Of a DNA stretch of 33,915 bases, positions 23,511-33,316 are shown in pieces (position 1 is the first letter of the stretch; the number at the start of each line of letters is the position of its first letter). The position numbers were made by a program, and so were the translations under genes. The notes beneath the pieces are model-generated. The model saw only the letters and a list, made by a program, of their open reading frames with translations. It did no database searches and was not told where the DNA came from. Origin of the DNA: Guillardia theta CCMP2712 (Eukaryota > Protista > Cryptophyta); NCBI RefSeq assembly GCF_000315625.1, contig NW_005434395.1:1-33915 (forward strand), written 5' to 3'.

Positions 23511-24343
23511 GGCCGGAGGTGGACGCGATGAGGAAGAAGGAAGCAACGAGGAGGAGGAGGAGGAGGAGGAGGAGGCGAGCTGTTTGTTGTTGTGATCGAA
23601 CAACGAGTGACAAGTCGCTGGAAGCATTGAAACGGCGAACTTGACCTTTTTTTTTGGATGGGGGTATGTGGGTCCGGAGGTACCGGTCATATGCACCTAA
23701 ATTTACTGATGAAGGGGTGGGTACTGGTTGGGGAATGGAGTACAGGGTACTTGATGTACTCGAATGGGGTATTCATCAGTATTCTCAGGGGGGTACTCAT
23801 AACACCGGTGTCTTTTCCCAAGAAAATATGCTAAATGTCCAGGTGGGTCCTTATTGAATTGCAGGGGTACGATAAAATCGGCATGGGTGGGGGTACTTTG
23901 ATACCTATTTAGTACCCCTTATTTTCATATTAGTTGGTAGGGGTCTTTATGAAAATTGATGGTAAGAGCTCCCGATTAAAGGTGACGGGTGGGTGGGGTG
24001 GGTTTCAGCGGCTCTTCGCTGGGATGGCGAACTACGGGGCAGTAGGTGAGTGAGAATGGCGGGAGAGAAGGAGAAGAGAGGGAGAAGAAGTCAAGTCATG
24101 CCATGTTTGAACATAGTTCCATCCCTTCTTGCTCTCTTCTAATGCCTCCTCCTCCTTGTTTCGTTTGTTTCATCCCCTTACCCGTGATGTGCAAAAACTG
24201 TACGTTCGACGCTGCAGACAAATGAGCACATTGCTGCTGTTATGTTCGACATCTGATCTTGATTCTCTCACAAGAAGCTTCACATTCCTCAAATCCTTCC
24301 TGAGATAGGCGTAGATATTTGTCTGTGTCTCTCCTGCCGTAGC

Positions 24344-27300
24344 TTGTTTCTTGAGGATCGTGGGGTACAAGTCGACTGCCGACGCCTTCCAAGTCTTGTA
24401 CCTCTGACGGAGCTCGCAGGGTCCATCCAGGGACTCAGCCCGTTCAAGAAGACCCGCAAGTTGGCCGCATGGCAGGTCCTGGGCGTTGCAGCCCTTGCAC
24501 TGTGTGTGCTCGCGTTGGCAGTTGTTTCCACGCATGGCACGCGCAAGTCAGTCCTGCTGTCTAGGAGCAAGGCGCAGTATGCTGCTGCAAGGATGGGATT
24601 CATCCCCCGAGCAAGGTTCGTGATGACCAAGCAGCAGTTCCGAAAGATCCTACTGGCAGAGGAAGAGAGGTCCGTGATCCAGATCTGCGGTTCGAGTGTC
24701 TGCAAGGCCAAGGAGGGCTGTAACCAGGAGTCCTTCAAGAAGTGTGTCGCGATGAAGCCAGAGGACAGGAAGAAGTTTGTGGCCCAGCAGCTGCCCAAGC
24801 TCAACCTCATGGAGGGCCCACTTGCTGACCTCCCCGAAGAGGCAAACCTCGAGATGGGCGAGCTCGGAAACCTCCCGGAGGACACCACTGCTGCTCAGTG
24901 TGGGACTGGCGCATGCACTGCAGAGGGATGCGATGACAGCACCTTCTTCGCTTGCTTCAAGCAGCTGGAGCAGAGAAAGATGGAATTCGTGAAATCAAAC
25001 CCCCAGCTCGCCAAGCACATGGCTGAGTTTGTGAAGAAAGAGGCAGCTCAGAAGGCTCTCGTTAAGGGCCAGCAGGCTTCGGCGTCTAAGGTCTCCTTTA
25101 CTCATGCTACGATGCGAATGTGACCAGTGTGGTCAGAACGTGGAGAAGATGCCTTTCAGCAGCGATCAGGAGCCCCCTGTCATGGGAACACACTACATGA
25201 CCGCCAATTGGGTCAACCAGCAGGTCGTTGGCTGTCGCTTTGGCAAGCTCGCTGATGGTTCGTAGGCCAAGGGAAAGCAGTCAAGATTGAGATCCGCGTT
25301 CCGCATGTCAAAGTTGAACCTCCACGAGGGTCCGTTGGCAGACCTTCCGGATGAGGTAGTAGGCTCTCTGTTTGTGCTCCGATTGATTCCAGTGCTTTAG
25401 CCGAATGTGATGATCGGAGAGCTGGGAAGTTTGCCTGGTGGGTTGACAGATTCGGAATTGGATCCTTGTCTTCATCCCTTCCTTCCTCCATCCCTTCCTT
25501 CACGCACCTCGTTGATGCCGTTGATGCAGATGAACCGAACATCATGATCGGGGAGCTCGGTGGCTTGCCAGATGAGGTACAAGTTGGTGTTTTACAAACA
25601 AGGAGAAAGAGAGATGAAATTCTAATGCGATTGATACAGCCGAACCTGATGGAGGGAGAGCTCAGCACCCTTCCGGATGAGGTAAGAGACGAGGGAGAGG
25701 AAGGAGGAGATAGGGGAAAGCATACAAGAACAGGGGAAGGAGGGGACTAGAGAAGGGAGAGGGATCGTATGGGACATAAATCTAACGGCATTGGGCAGCC
25801 GAACCTGATGGAGGGAGAGCTCAGCACCCTTCCTGACGAGGTAGGGGAGGAAGCGAAGGAGAAGATGCAGAGGAGAGGAGAGGAGAGGAGGGAGAGGAGG
25901 AGAGGAGGAGACGGAGAGGAGCTGACGGCACTGGACAGCCGAACCTGATGGAGGGAGAGCTCAGCACTCTGCCTGACGAGGTAGGGGAGAAGAAGAGATG
26001 GAGAGGAAGAGGAGAGTGATGGCGTTTGCCAGCCGAACTTGATGATTGGCGAGCTTGGAACGCTTCCTGACGAGGTAGGGGAGGAGGAAGTGACTGAAAG
26101 GAGGCTGCCATCTGATGCTGCGTGACAGCCGAACCTGATGATCGGAGAGCTTGGAACGCTTCCCGACGAGGTGAGCGAGCAAGGAAGAGAAGGGGGGAGG
26201 AGGATGCTTATACGCCGGTCAGCCGAACTTGATGATCGGAGAGCTTGGAACGCTTCCGGATGAGGTAGGGGAGGAAGAGGAGACGGAGAGGAGGAGAGGA
26301 AGAGAAGAGACAAGCTGACGGGACTGGACAGCCGAACCTGATGGAGGGAGAGCTCAGCACCCTTCCGGACGAGGTAAGAGACGAGGGAGAGAGGGCTAGA
26401 GAAGGGAGAGGGAACGTAACGGACAGAAGCCTGACTGGAATGGGCAGCCGAACTTGATGATCGGAGAGCTTGGAACGCTTCCGGATGAGGTAGGGGAGGA
26501 GGCAGAGGAGGGGGGAGGAGGATGCTTATACGCTGGTCAGCCGAACCTGATGGAGGGAGAGCTCAGCACTCTGCCTGACGAGGTAGGGGAGAAAGAGGGA
26601 AATGGGAGGAGGGAGAGGAGGAGAGGAAGAGAAGATAGAAGCTGATGGGGCTGGACAGCCGAACCTGATGATCGGAGAGCTTGGAACCCTTCCAGACGAG
26701 GTAAGAGAGGAGATGGAGAGGAAGAGGAGAGTGACGGCATTTGCCAGCCGAACTTGATGATCGGAGAGCTTGGAACGCTTCCTGACGAGGTAGGGGAGGA
26801 GGCAGAGAGGGCTAGAGCATGAGGAGAGCGATTGTATGGGACAGAAGTCTGACGGGAATGGGCAGCCGAACTTGATGATCGGAGAGCTTGGAACGCTCCC
26901 CGACGAGGTGAGCAAGCAAGGAAGAGAAGGGAGGAGGAGGATGCTTATACGCTGGTCAGCCGAACTTGATGATCGGAGAGCTTGGAACGCTTCCGGATGA
27001 GGTAGGNNNNNNNNNNNNNNNNNNNNNNNNNNNNNNNNNNNNNNNNNNNNNNNNNNNNNNNNNNNNNNNNNNNNNNNNNNNNNNNNNNNNNNNNNNNNNN
27101 NNNNNNNNNNNNNNNNNNNNNNNNNNNNNNNNNNNNNNNNNNNNNNNNNNNNNNNNNNNNNNNNNNNNNNNNNNNNNNNNNNNNNNNNNNNNNNNNNNNN
27201 NNNNNNNNNNNNNNNNNNNNNNNNNNNNNNNNNNNNNNNNNNNNNNNNNNNNNNNNNNNNNNNNNNNNNNNNNNNNNNNNNNNNNNNNNNNNNNNNNNNN

Positions 27301-28322
27301 NNNNNNNNNNNNNNNNNNNNNNNNNNNNNNNNNNNNNNNNNNNNNNNNNNNNNNNNNNNNNNNNNNNNNNNNNNNNNNNNNNNNNNNNNNNNNNNNNNNN
27401 NNNNNNNNNNNNNNNNNNNNNNNNNNNNNNNNNNNNNNNNNNNNNNNNNNNNNNNNNNNNNNNNNNNNNNNNNNNNNNNNNNNNNNNNNNNNNNNNNNNN
27501 NNNCGTCGCCTCCCTCCCTCCCTCCCCTCCCCTCCCCTCCCCTCCCCTCCCCTCCCCTCCCCTCCCCTCCCCTCCCCTCCCCTCCCCTCCCCTCCCCTCC
27601 CCTCCCCTCCCCTCCCCTCCCCTCCCTCCCCCCTCCGCTCACTTTGGCCCTGCAGCCGAACCTCGACACCGGCATCCTCGGATCTCTCAAGGCCAAGAGG
27701 AAGGTTCAGCTTCTCAGGCAGGCGATGGGCCGCCGGGTCTCCAGCCCGTGGCAGATGCTCAGGAGGATGGTGACGCGTAAGAGCGCCGTGGTGGCTTGCG
27801 GGGTCACGAGCTGCGGGAGGAAGTCCGGGTGTGACAACAAGTCCTTCGCCATGTGCATGAGGCGAAGCGCCGGACAGCCACAGGCCCTCAAGGCTCGCAA
27901 GGTCCTGGGGCTGCGACGCTCCGTCCTGAAGCTCCTCAAGCAGAAGAAGGAGAAGTCCGCCGTCCTCCTCCTCGCTTCGCAAGAGGTTGCCCCTTCCCAC
28001 CTTCGGTCTACCGATCTATCTTCCTGCCTCTCTTTTCCAGTCTCCTCCTCCTCCTCCTCCTCCTCCTCCTCCTCCTCCTTCTCTTGCTGCTGAGCTTACT
28101 TGATGTCTCAGTGCTCGGCGAGAACCTGCAGCAAGTCGGGATGCGCCAGCAACGCCTTCAAGCAGTGCGTGCAGGGACGCTTGAGTATCTCTGCCAAGGC
28201 TGCTCGCATCCTCGCCCGCAAGGCTCATCCCAAGGCAGCAGCCGCCGCCAGCCGCTCGCAGCCGGTACGGGAAGAGGATGGAGAGGAGGGTCTGACCCCA
28301 GCTGCAGGCCAGCAAGAAGTAA
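24344..28322 (+). CDS. Type II membrane/secreted protein with four Cys-rich modules and a micro-exon-encoded 14-aa tandem repeat; start not resolved
   Basis: TM segment LAAWQVLGVAALALCVLALAVVS. Large exon to 25090, exons 25137-25223 and 25266-25355, micro-exons 25401-27001, gap, exons 27656-27984 and 28112-28264, and a last exon ASKK* (TAA 28320-28322). All visible junctions are GT-AG and in frame. Confidence 0.82.
25640..27001 (+). repeat. Array of 13 visible 42-nt micro-exons PNLM(E/I)GEL(S/G)TLPDE separated by 47-117 nt introns
   Basis: Exon starts: 25640, 25799, 25939, 26033, 26129, 26223, 26332, 26448, 26541, 26659, 26748, 26866, 26960. Each is preceded by CAG and followed by GTA/GTG. 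Confidence 0.95.
27516..27632. repeat. (CCCCT)n microsatellite at gap edge, intronic
   Basis: Directly visible. Confidence 0.95.
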
Positions 28323-28522
28323 CTGAGCTAGCGACGAGCTGGAGGATGAGAGAGGAGGGGGGAGGATCTTCTCTAACGCGCACGCGATCGATCCCACAAG
28401 ATGTACTTGTACCACATTACTGAACAAGTTGCCTCCTACCCCTTCCGGTCTGCCCACCCCCCTTCTTACTCCGTCCCCTCCCATTACCTCACTCTCCAGC
28501 TCCGTGTCCCAGCTCGGTCGCT

Positions 28523-29929
28523 TCAAGTTCGAGCTGGCGGAGTGTTCTTCCCTAGCTCATCCCCAGCAGAGGCTCGAACGGCCACCGGGCTGACCGTGAA
28601 GACGGCGCGAGGTCGCTCGTAATAGGAGATGTCGCAGGGAAAGCCGTTGTGCAGGAGTTGACCTGGGGAGACCTGCACGCACTTGAAGCAGCAGTCGACG
28701 AGCTCGGACTGCAGCTGGGGATGGCGGGGGAGGGGGAGCAGGGCGTCAGCTGGGAGCGAGCAGGTCCTCATGTACGGGGAGAGGGCCGAGATGACGTCAC
28801 CGGGCTTGAGCTTCCCCTCAGGCATGTTGTAGACGCTAACGGCGAAGAAGGAGCCGCTCCTGTCGGAGACGACCAGGTGGATGGGCCGCTCGGTGTTGGG
28901 GATCGCGAAGATCATGACGTGGAGGACCCTCCCGAGGTTCCATCCCTCGGCCATGTCCGCCAGCACGCAGTCCACGTACTCAGTGCTGCCGACGGGGAGA
29001 GGCTCGGCAGGGGGCGGGAGGAAGAGGAGCATGGACTGGATCTTCTCAGCCTTGAGGTTGCACTGCCGCGCGATCATGGCGTGCATCTCGTTCACCAGCC
29101 TCGCCACCTTGACGATCTGCTCAGACGCGTTGAGCTCGGGGTCGAGGGCGTGGGCGCGGAGGAGCTCGAGGACGGCGTTGTGGTAGTCCTCCAGGTAGCG
29201 GTAGACAGTGGCCTTGTTGAAGTGAAGGTCGGGGTCGCGGCTCTGACCGTCCTGATCTGACTTGTGATAGGCCTTGAGGGCTCGGAACAGATCCTCCCGG
29301 TCGAGGGACAGCGAGAAGAAGTAAGACATGTACGCATTCCCCAGGTTCGTCCACGAGTGCGAGTCAGACATGTCGCGGCTGACAAGCTCCTTGGCCAGCC
29401 TCAGGCTCTCCTCTGGGTTCTTGCCCTTCACCCGGTGCGCCATCGAGAGCTTCCGCATCGCCCCCTTCACGTCCTCCACGTTGGAGCAGTGCAGCAGCGT
29501 GTTCTGCCAGCAGTCGTGCGCGAGCTGTACCTCCCCCTTCTTCCACAAGCACGTTCCCAGCTGGTTCCAGGCGTCTCCCAGCGACGGGTCCAGCTTGACG
29601 GCCCTCGACAGGTCCTGCTCGGCTTCAGCTGAGTACTCCTCCCCAGCGTCGAAGGCCTTCCCCCGGATGTAGGATAGCGTCGCCCTCTCCTTCTTGGACC
29701 TGCCAGTAGCAGGGAACTGATCGAGGAGGGACAGCAGAGCCTGTCGCTCCGCCATCAGTCGCTCCGATCGCTCATGCAGGTCCAGCACCACCAGCCCCTC
29801 GTGCAGCTCGTAGAGCGAGCGCAGGCGCTGCAGGGCCATCTCGAACAGCTCGTTGGTATCCATGCTCCTCTGCTCTCCACTCTCACCAGCCTCGTCCAAC
29901 ATGCCGGGGCCGTCTTGTCCCCCTGCCAT
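28523..29929 (-). CDS. TTC5: Tetratricopeptide repeat protein 5 homolog (TPRs + C-terminal OB-fold), intronless
   Basis: 468-aa ORF with LSRAVKLDPSLGDAWNQLGTCLWKKG, SWTNLGNAYMSYFF, ALKAY, DPDLHFNKATVYRYLEDY...LDP and FAVSVYN...GDVI, all characteristic of TTC5/STRAP. Confidence 0.9.
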   Translation of the reverse strand: MAGGQDGPGMLDEAGESGEQRSMDTNELFEMALQRLRSLYELHEGLVVLDLHERSERLMAERQALLSLLDQFPATGRSKKERATLSYIRGKAFDAGEEYSAEAEQDLSRAVKLDPSLGDAWNQLGTCLWKKGEVQLAHDCWQNTLLHCSNVEDVKGAMRKLSMAHRVKGKNPEESLRLAKELVSRDMSDSHSWTNLGNAYMSYFFSLSLDREDLFRALKAYHKSDQDGQSRDPDLHFNKATVYRYLEDYHNAVLELLRAHALDPELNASEQIVKVARLVNEMHAMIARQCNLKAEKIQSMLLFLPPPAEPLPVGSTEYVDCVLADMAEGWNLGRVLHVMIFAIPNTERPIHLVVSDRSGSFFAVSVYNMPEGKLKPGDVISALSPYMRTCSLPADALLPLPRHPQLQSELVDCCFKCVQVSPGQLLHNGFPCDISYYERPRAVFTVSPVAVRASAGDELGKNTPPART

Positions 29930-30563
29930 GTCGCAGCCGTTCTCTATGCAGGAGAAGGGACAACAAAGCGAGGAGGAGGAGGAGGAGGATCAGACAGGTG
30001 AAGCTTACTTTTCTTCGAGGACCAGGACATCAGCCGCCATTCCTTGCCTTCCATTCTCTTCTCATCTCACGACACCCGCTGCTTCAAGAATCTCACGCCG
30101 GTAAGGATGATCCCTCCAGCCTCCAGAGCCCATCAGGCCTCCTGCTCAGACAAGTCAGCATGGATTGATTGGCAATATCTTCATAACGTTTACCATACCC
30201 TAGCCTCAGTCCTCCCTCCCTGCCATCACCATGCTTCTTGCTCCTGAATCTCCTGCTGCTCCTGCTCCTGCTCCTGCTCCTGCTGCTCCTGCTGCTGCTG
30301 CTCCTGTAGCTTCTACATCACTTCCTCGTACGTCAGATCCTCTTCCTGCTCCCGCTCGCGCTTCCCCTTCCACCTCACCTTCCGAGCTCGGCACCATACG
30401 CCCCGCAACGATGTGTTCCCCACCAAACCACTCATAAAATATTGCTGGAACCTTTTTGAAACAATAAAAAAGGGGAAGTTTATAGATGATTTATTGCATC
30501 GCCTCCTCTGAACTGCAATTCTTTACGCAATATTCCTATGGGAGTTTATTGCACAAACGGTAC

Positions 30564-31848
30564 ATGGTCGGCTATGGAGGGCACCGGCGGCTGGACGAGG
30601 AGGAGGGAGGAGAGGAGGAGAGGGACGGGGAGGAGAGGAGGAGAGGAGGAGCGGACAGCACCTTGACGAAGAATCCTTCACCCTCCTCGTTCGGACTTGC
30701 TGCTCTGTCTCGGTTGCGAGCGCTGAGCGGCCTCTCGCTCATGGTCTTCCTCTTCATCCTCTTCTTCCTCCTCATCCTCCGCTCACCCCAGCACGCAGCC
30801 CAGCAGGGCACGCTCAAGGTACGGGGGCGACAACAGCCTCCTCCAACTCTGCAGCGGACATAGCGGACGCAACCGTCGAGCTGCTGCAGGAGCTGATGAA
30901 GGCGAACAAGTTGAAGAACGAGGATGTAGAGGAGCTGTTCTTCTCCGTCACCCCTGACCTCACCGCCTCTTTCGCTGCCTCTGCCGCTCGTCGGCGGCTG
31001 AACATGACCAGCACCGTCCTCTGGGGAGGCCTCGAGGCTAACGTGTGCTCAGTGCTCTGCCGTCCTGCATTGTCGCTAACCCCTGAGACAGGTCGACGGA
31101 GCTCCTGCGAGGTGTATCAGAGTCCTCGTTCATGCTCGCTCGAGAATGAAACAGGTTCCTCCTATGCTGTGCTGTGCTGTGCTGTGCTGTGCTGTGCTGT
31201 TCTCTCTCCCCTCCTCCCTTGTCTGACGTGTTTGACTCCCAGGAGAACGTGGTCTTCAAGTACCTCAGAGGAGCCGCAGCGCTGAGGTCGACGGGCGGGG
31301 CTACGGGCCCAGAGGACCAGGGGAGGGGGCGAGGAGACGCCGGGACGTCAGCGTTGGATGCTGTGCGACGAAGAGGAACGATGCTCGTGGTAAGGGCTGA
31401 AGCTGCTGCTTCCTACCCGATGGGTGAGGTACCAGCAGGGCACCACCGGCGACTATCCTCCCTTCTCTCAGCGCTGTCCTCCCTACGACCGCTCCTCGTG
31501 TCTTGGGTCGGAATGGGGGGGAAGTGATGTAGAGATGGCACGATTGCTCGCTATGGACCTTGGTGTGCAGGTACGCGCTAACGAGGCCTTCTCTGCGTCT
31601 CCTCTGCATCTCCTCTGCCTCGATCTCTTCTCTCTCGGACGCCCATCTTCCTCCTCCTTCCTCCTCTCTTCTCGCAACTAGAGACCGAAGATGCTGCGAG
31701 CAGATTGAGTTCGTGAAGACGTCATGGGGTCAGTTGATTCTCGACATGGTCAATCGCTCCGTCTTCGACATCGCGGTGGGAGGCATCACAGACACGCTCC
31801 TCCGGCGAAGAGATGTCTTCTTCAGGTGCTTTTCCCCTCATAGCTCGC

Positions 31849-31918
<70 letters not shown>

Positions 31919-32512
31919 TTTTCCTCACGCCATCGGCAGCGAGTCGTACGCGGTGACGGGCAAGACGACTCTGTGGGAGTGCAGTGGGAGGTGCGGAGGA
32001 CGAGGACCGTTCGAGACGATCTCGTCGTTGAACCAGCCGGGCGTGCGAGTTGCCGTGAACGCAGGAGGGACAAACGAGGCGTTTGTGCGCAAGAATGTGG
32101 CAGGGTCGAGCATCGTGGTGGTAGGGCAAGGGGAACAGCCGCAGGCGCTGCTTTCATGCAAGGTGAAGCGAGAGGAGGCGTGTAGAGAGGCGTGTAGAGA
32201 GGCGTGTAGAGAGGCGTGTAAGGTGGTGACGGGGGGGTACAGGCCGATGTGGTTGTGACAGACGCGATCGAGGCAGATATGATGGCGATGAAACATCCAG
32301 AGCTCTGTGCTGGGAACAAGACCTTCACCCGAGAGGGCAAGGCGATCATGTACGCGTGAGGGAGGGAGGGAGGGAGAGGAACTGACGAGGCATGCAGGCT
32401 GCCACGTGGAGACTCGTCGCTGAAGGAGTACGTGGACTTTTGGCTGCGAGAGAACGCGGGGAGGATGGAAGCGAGTTTCCACAAGTGGATGAACCTGACA
32501 GTGAGCGGGTGA
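30564..32512 (+). CDS. Membrane-anchored AroH-class chorismate mutase / cyclohexadienyl dehydratase (PheC-like) fusion; apparent 1-nt frameshift at 30823-30827
   Basis: Seven GT-AG introns (31043-31091, 31155-31242, 31390-31438, 31571-31703, 31826-31939, 32163-32242, 32350-32397). CM part: VRG/ATT...FFSVTPDLTASFAASAAR...LEANVDGAPARCIRVLVH...KYLRGAAALR. CDT part: LDAVRRRGTMLVGTTGDYPPFS...TSWGQL...FDIAVGGIT...GKT...VNAGGTNEAF...ADVVVTDAIEA...HPELC...KAIMLPR...YVDFWL. Confidence 0.9.
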
Positions 32513-32522
32513 GAAGCAGAAG

Positions 32523-33316
32523 TTACCAACAATGAAGTACATCAGTGATGACGTCACGATCTTTGTCATGCTGCTCAAGTATTTGTCCAATGGACCGAAT
32601 CATGGAAGACAGACGAGGGACTTGAGTGTCTACCCCAGCCGGCTGATGGTTCTCATGGAGCTGCTGACAGCCTCTCCGAGATTCTTCAACTTCTTTGTCC
32701 ACGTCTTCTTTTCCCGCAAGATTGACCTTCGACTTGGTCACTGACCGTTTGAAAGTGGGTCAAATTGCTGCGGTACGCATGACAAGCCAACTCGATGGCA
32801 GCGATTGTTGATCGTTATCAATGCAGCCAAACAACATCCGTGAACGTTCTGTACGCAACAGCAGTTGAATGTGGTAGATGCAACAACAGCAGTTGAATGT
32901 GGTAGATGCAACAACAGCAGTTGAATGTGGTAGATGCAACAACAGCAGTTGAATGTGGTAGATGCAACAACAGCAGTTGAATGTGGTAGATGCAACAACA
33001 GCAGTTGAATGTGGTAGATGCAACAACAGCAGTTGAATGTGGTAGATGTAACAACAGCAGTTGAATGTGGTAGATGCAACAACAGCAGTTGAATGTGGTA
33101 GATGCAACAACAGCAGTTGAATGTGGTAGATGCAACAACAGCAGTTGAATGTGGTAGATGCAACAACAGCAGCAGGTACACATCGGATATTCCCCCAAGT
33201 TCAACGATCGTTGCATCCAGCCGGTTCCAGTACCGTAGGGAATCAGTACCGCCGGCTGCGGCAGTACTACATATAAAAGTTTTAAAGGATTTTGTACCTG
33301 GCAGATTGCCGTCCAT
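32523..33316 (-). CDS. Possible small spliced hypothetical gene
   Basis: Coding-like blocks (GGTDSLRYWNRLDATIVELGGISD; MIRSIGQILEQHDKDRDVITDVLHCW*) lie either side of the minisatellite. I could not fix a unique splice path. Confidence 0.25.
32856..33171. repeat. 28-bp minisatellite GCAACAACAGCAGTTGAATGTGGTAGAT x about 11
   Basis: Head-to-tail, nearly perfect (one C>T variant near 33049), no spacers. Confidence 0.96.

Noticed and set aside
22222-23644. Numerous ORFs antisense to coiled-coil genes (also over MNS1, TTC5 and 7900-10900)
   Set aside because: Shadow ORFs of GC-rich, stop-poor coding sequence. The S/L/F-rich products mirror E/K/Q codons.
25640-27001. CRISPR-like repeat/spacer array
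   Set aside because: The repeats are 14 codons with synonymous variation and are bounded by AG/GT splice sites. The spacers are related to each other and vary from 47 to 117 nt. There are no cas genes and the context is eukaryotic.
25640-27001. Leucine-rich repeat or RiPP/peptide-precursor reading of PNLMIGELGTLPDE
   Set aside because: LPDE/IGEL recalls LRR fragments, but there is no LxxLxLxxN core and the period is 14. There are no dibasic cleavage sites or adjacent modifying enzymes to support a precursor.
30000-30440. Small gene between TTC5 and the fusion gene
   Set aside because: There are some splice-like signals on the minus strand but no coherent frame. It could be TTC5 5' UTR.
30564-32512. 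Bacterial contamination as the source of the AroH/PheC gene
   Set aside because: It has seven spliceosomal introns, several with the host's SSR style, and is contiguous with eukaryotic TTC5.
32856-33171. CRISPR array or Cys/His-rich repeat protein
   Set aside because: There are no spacers. The 28-bp unit cycles through all frames, so the repetitive ORFs are artefacts.
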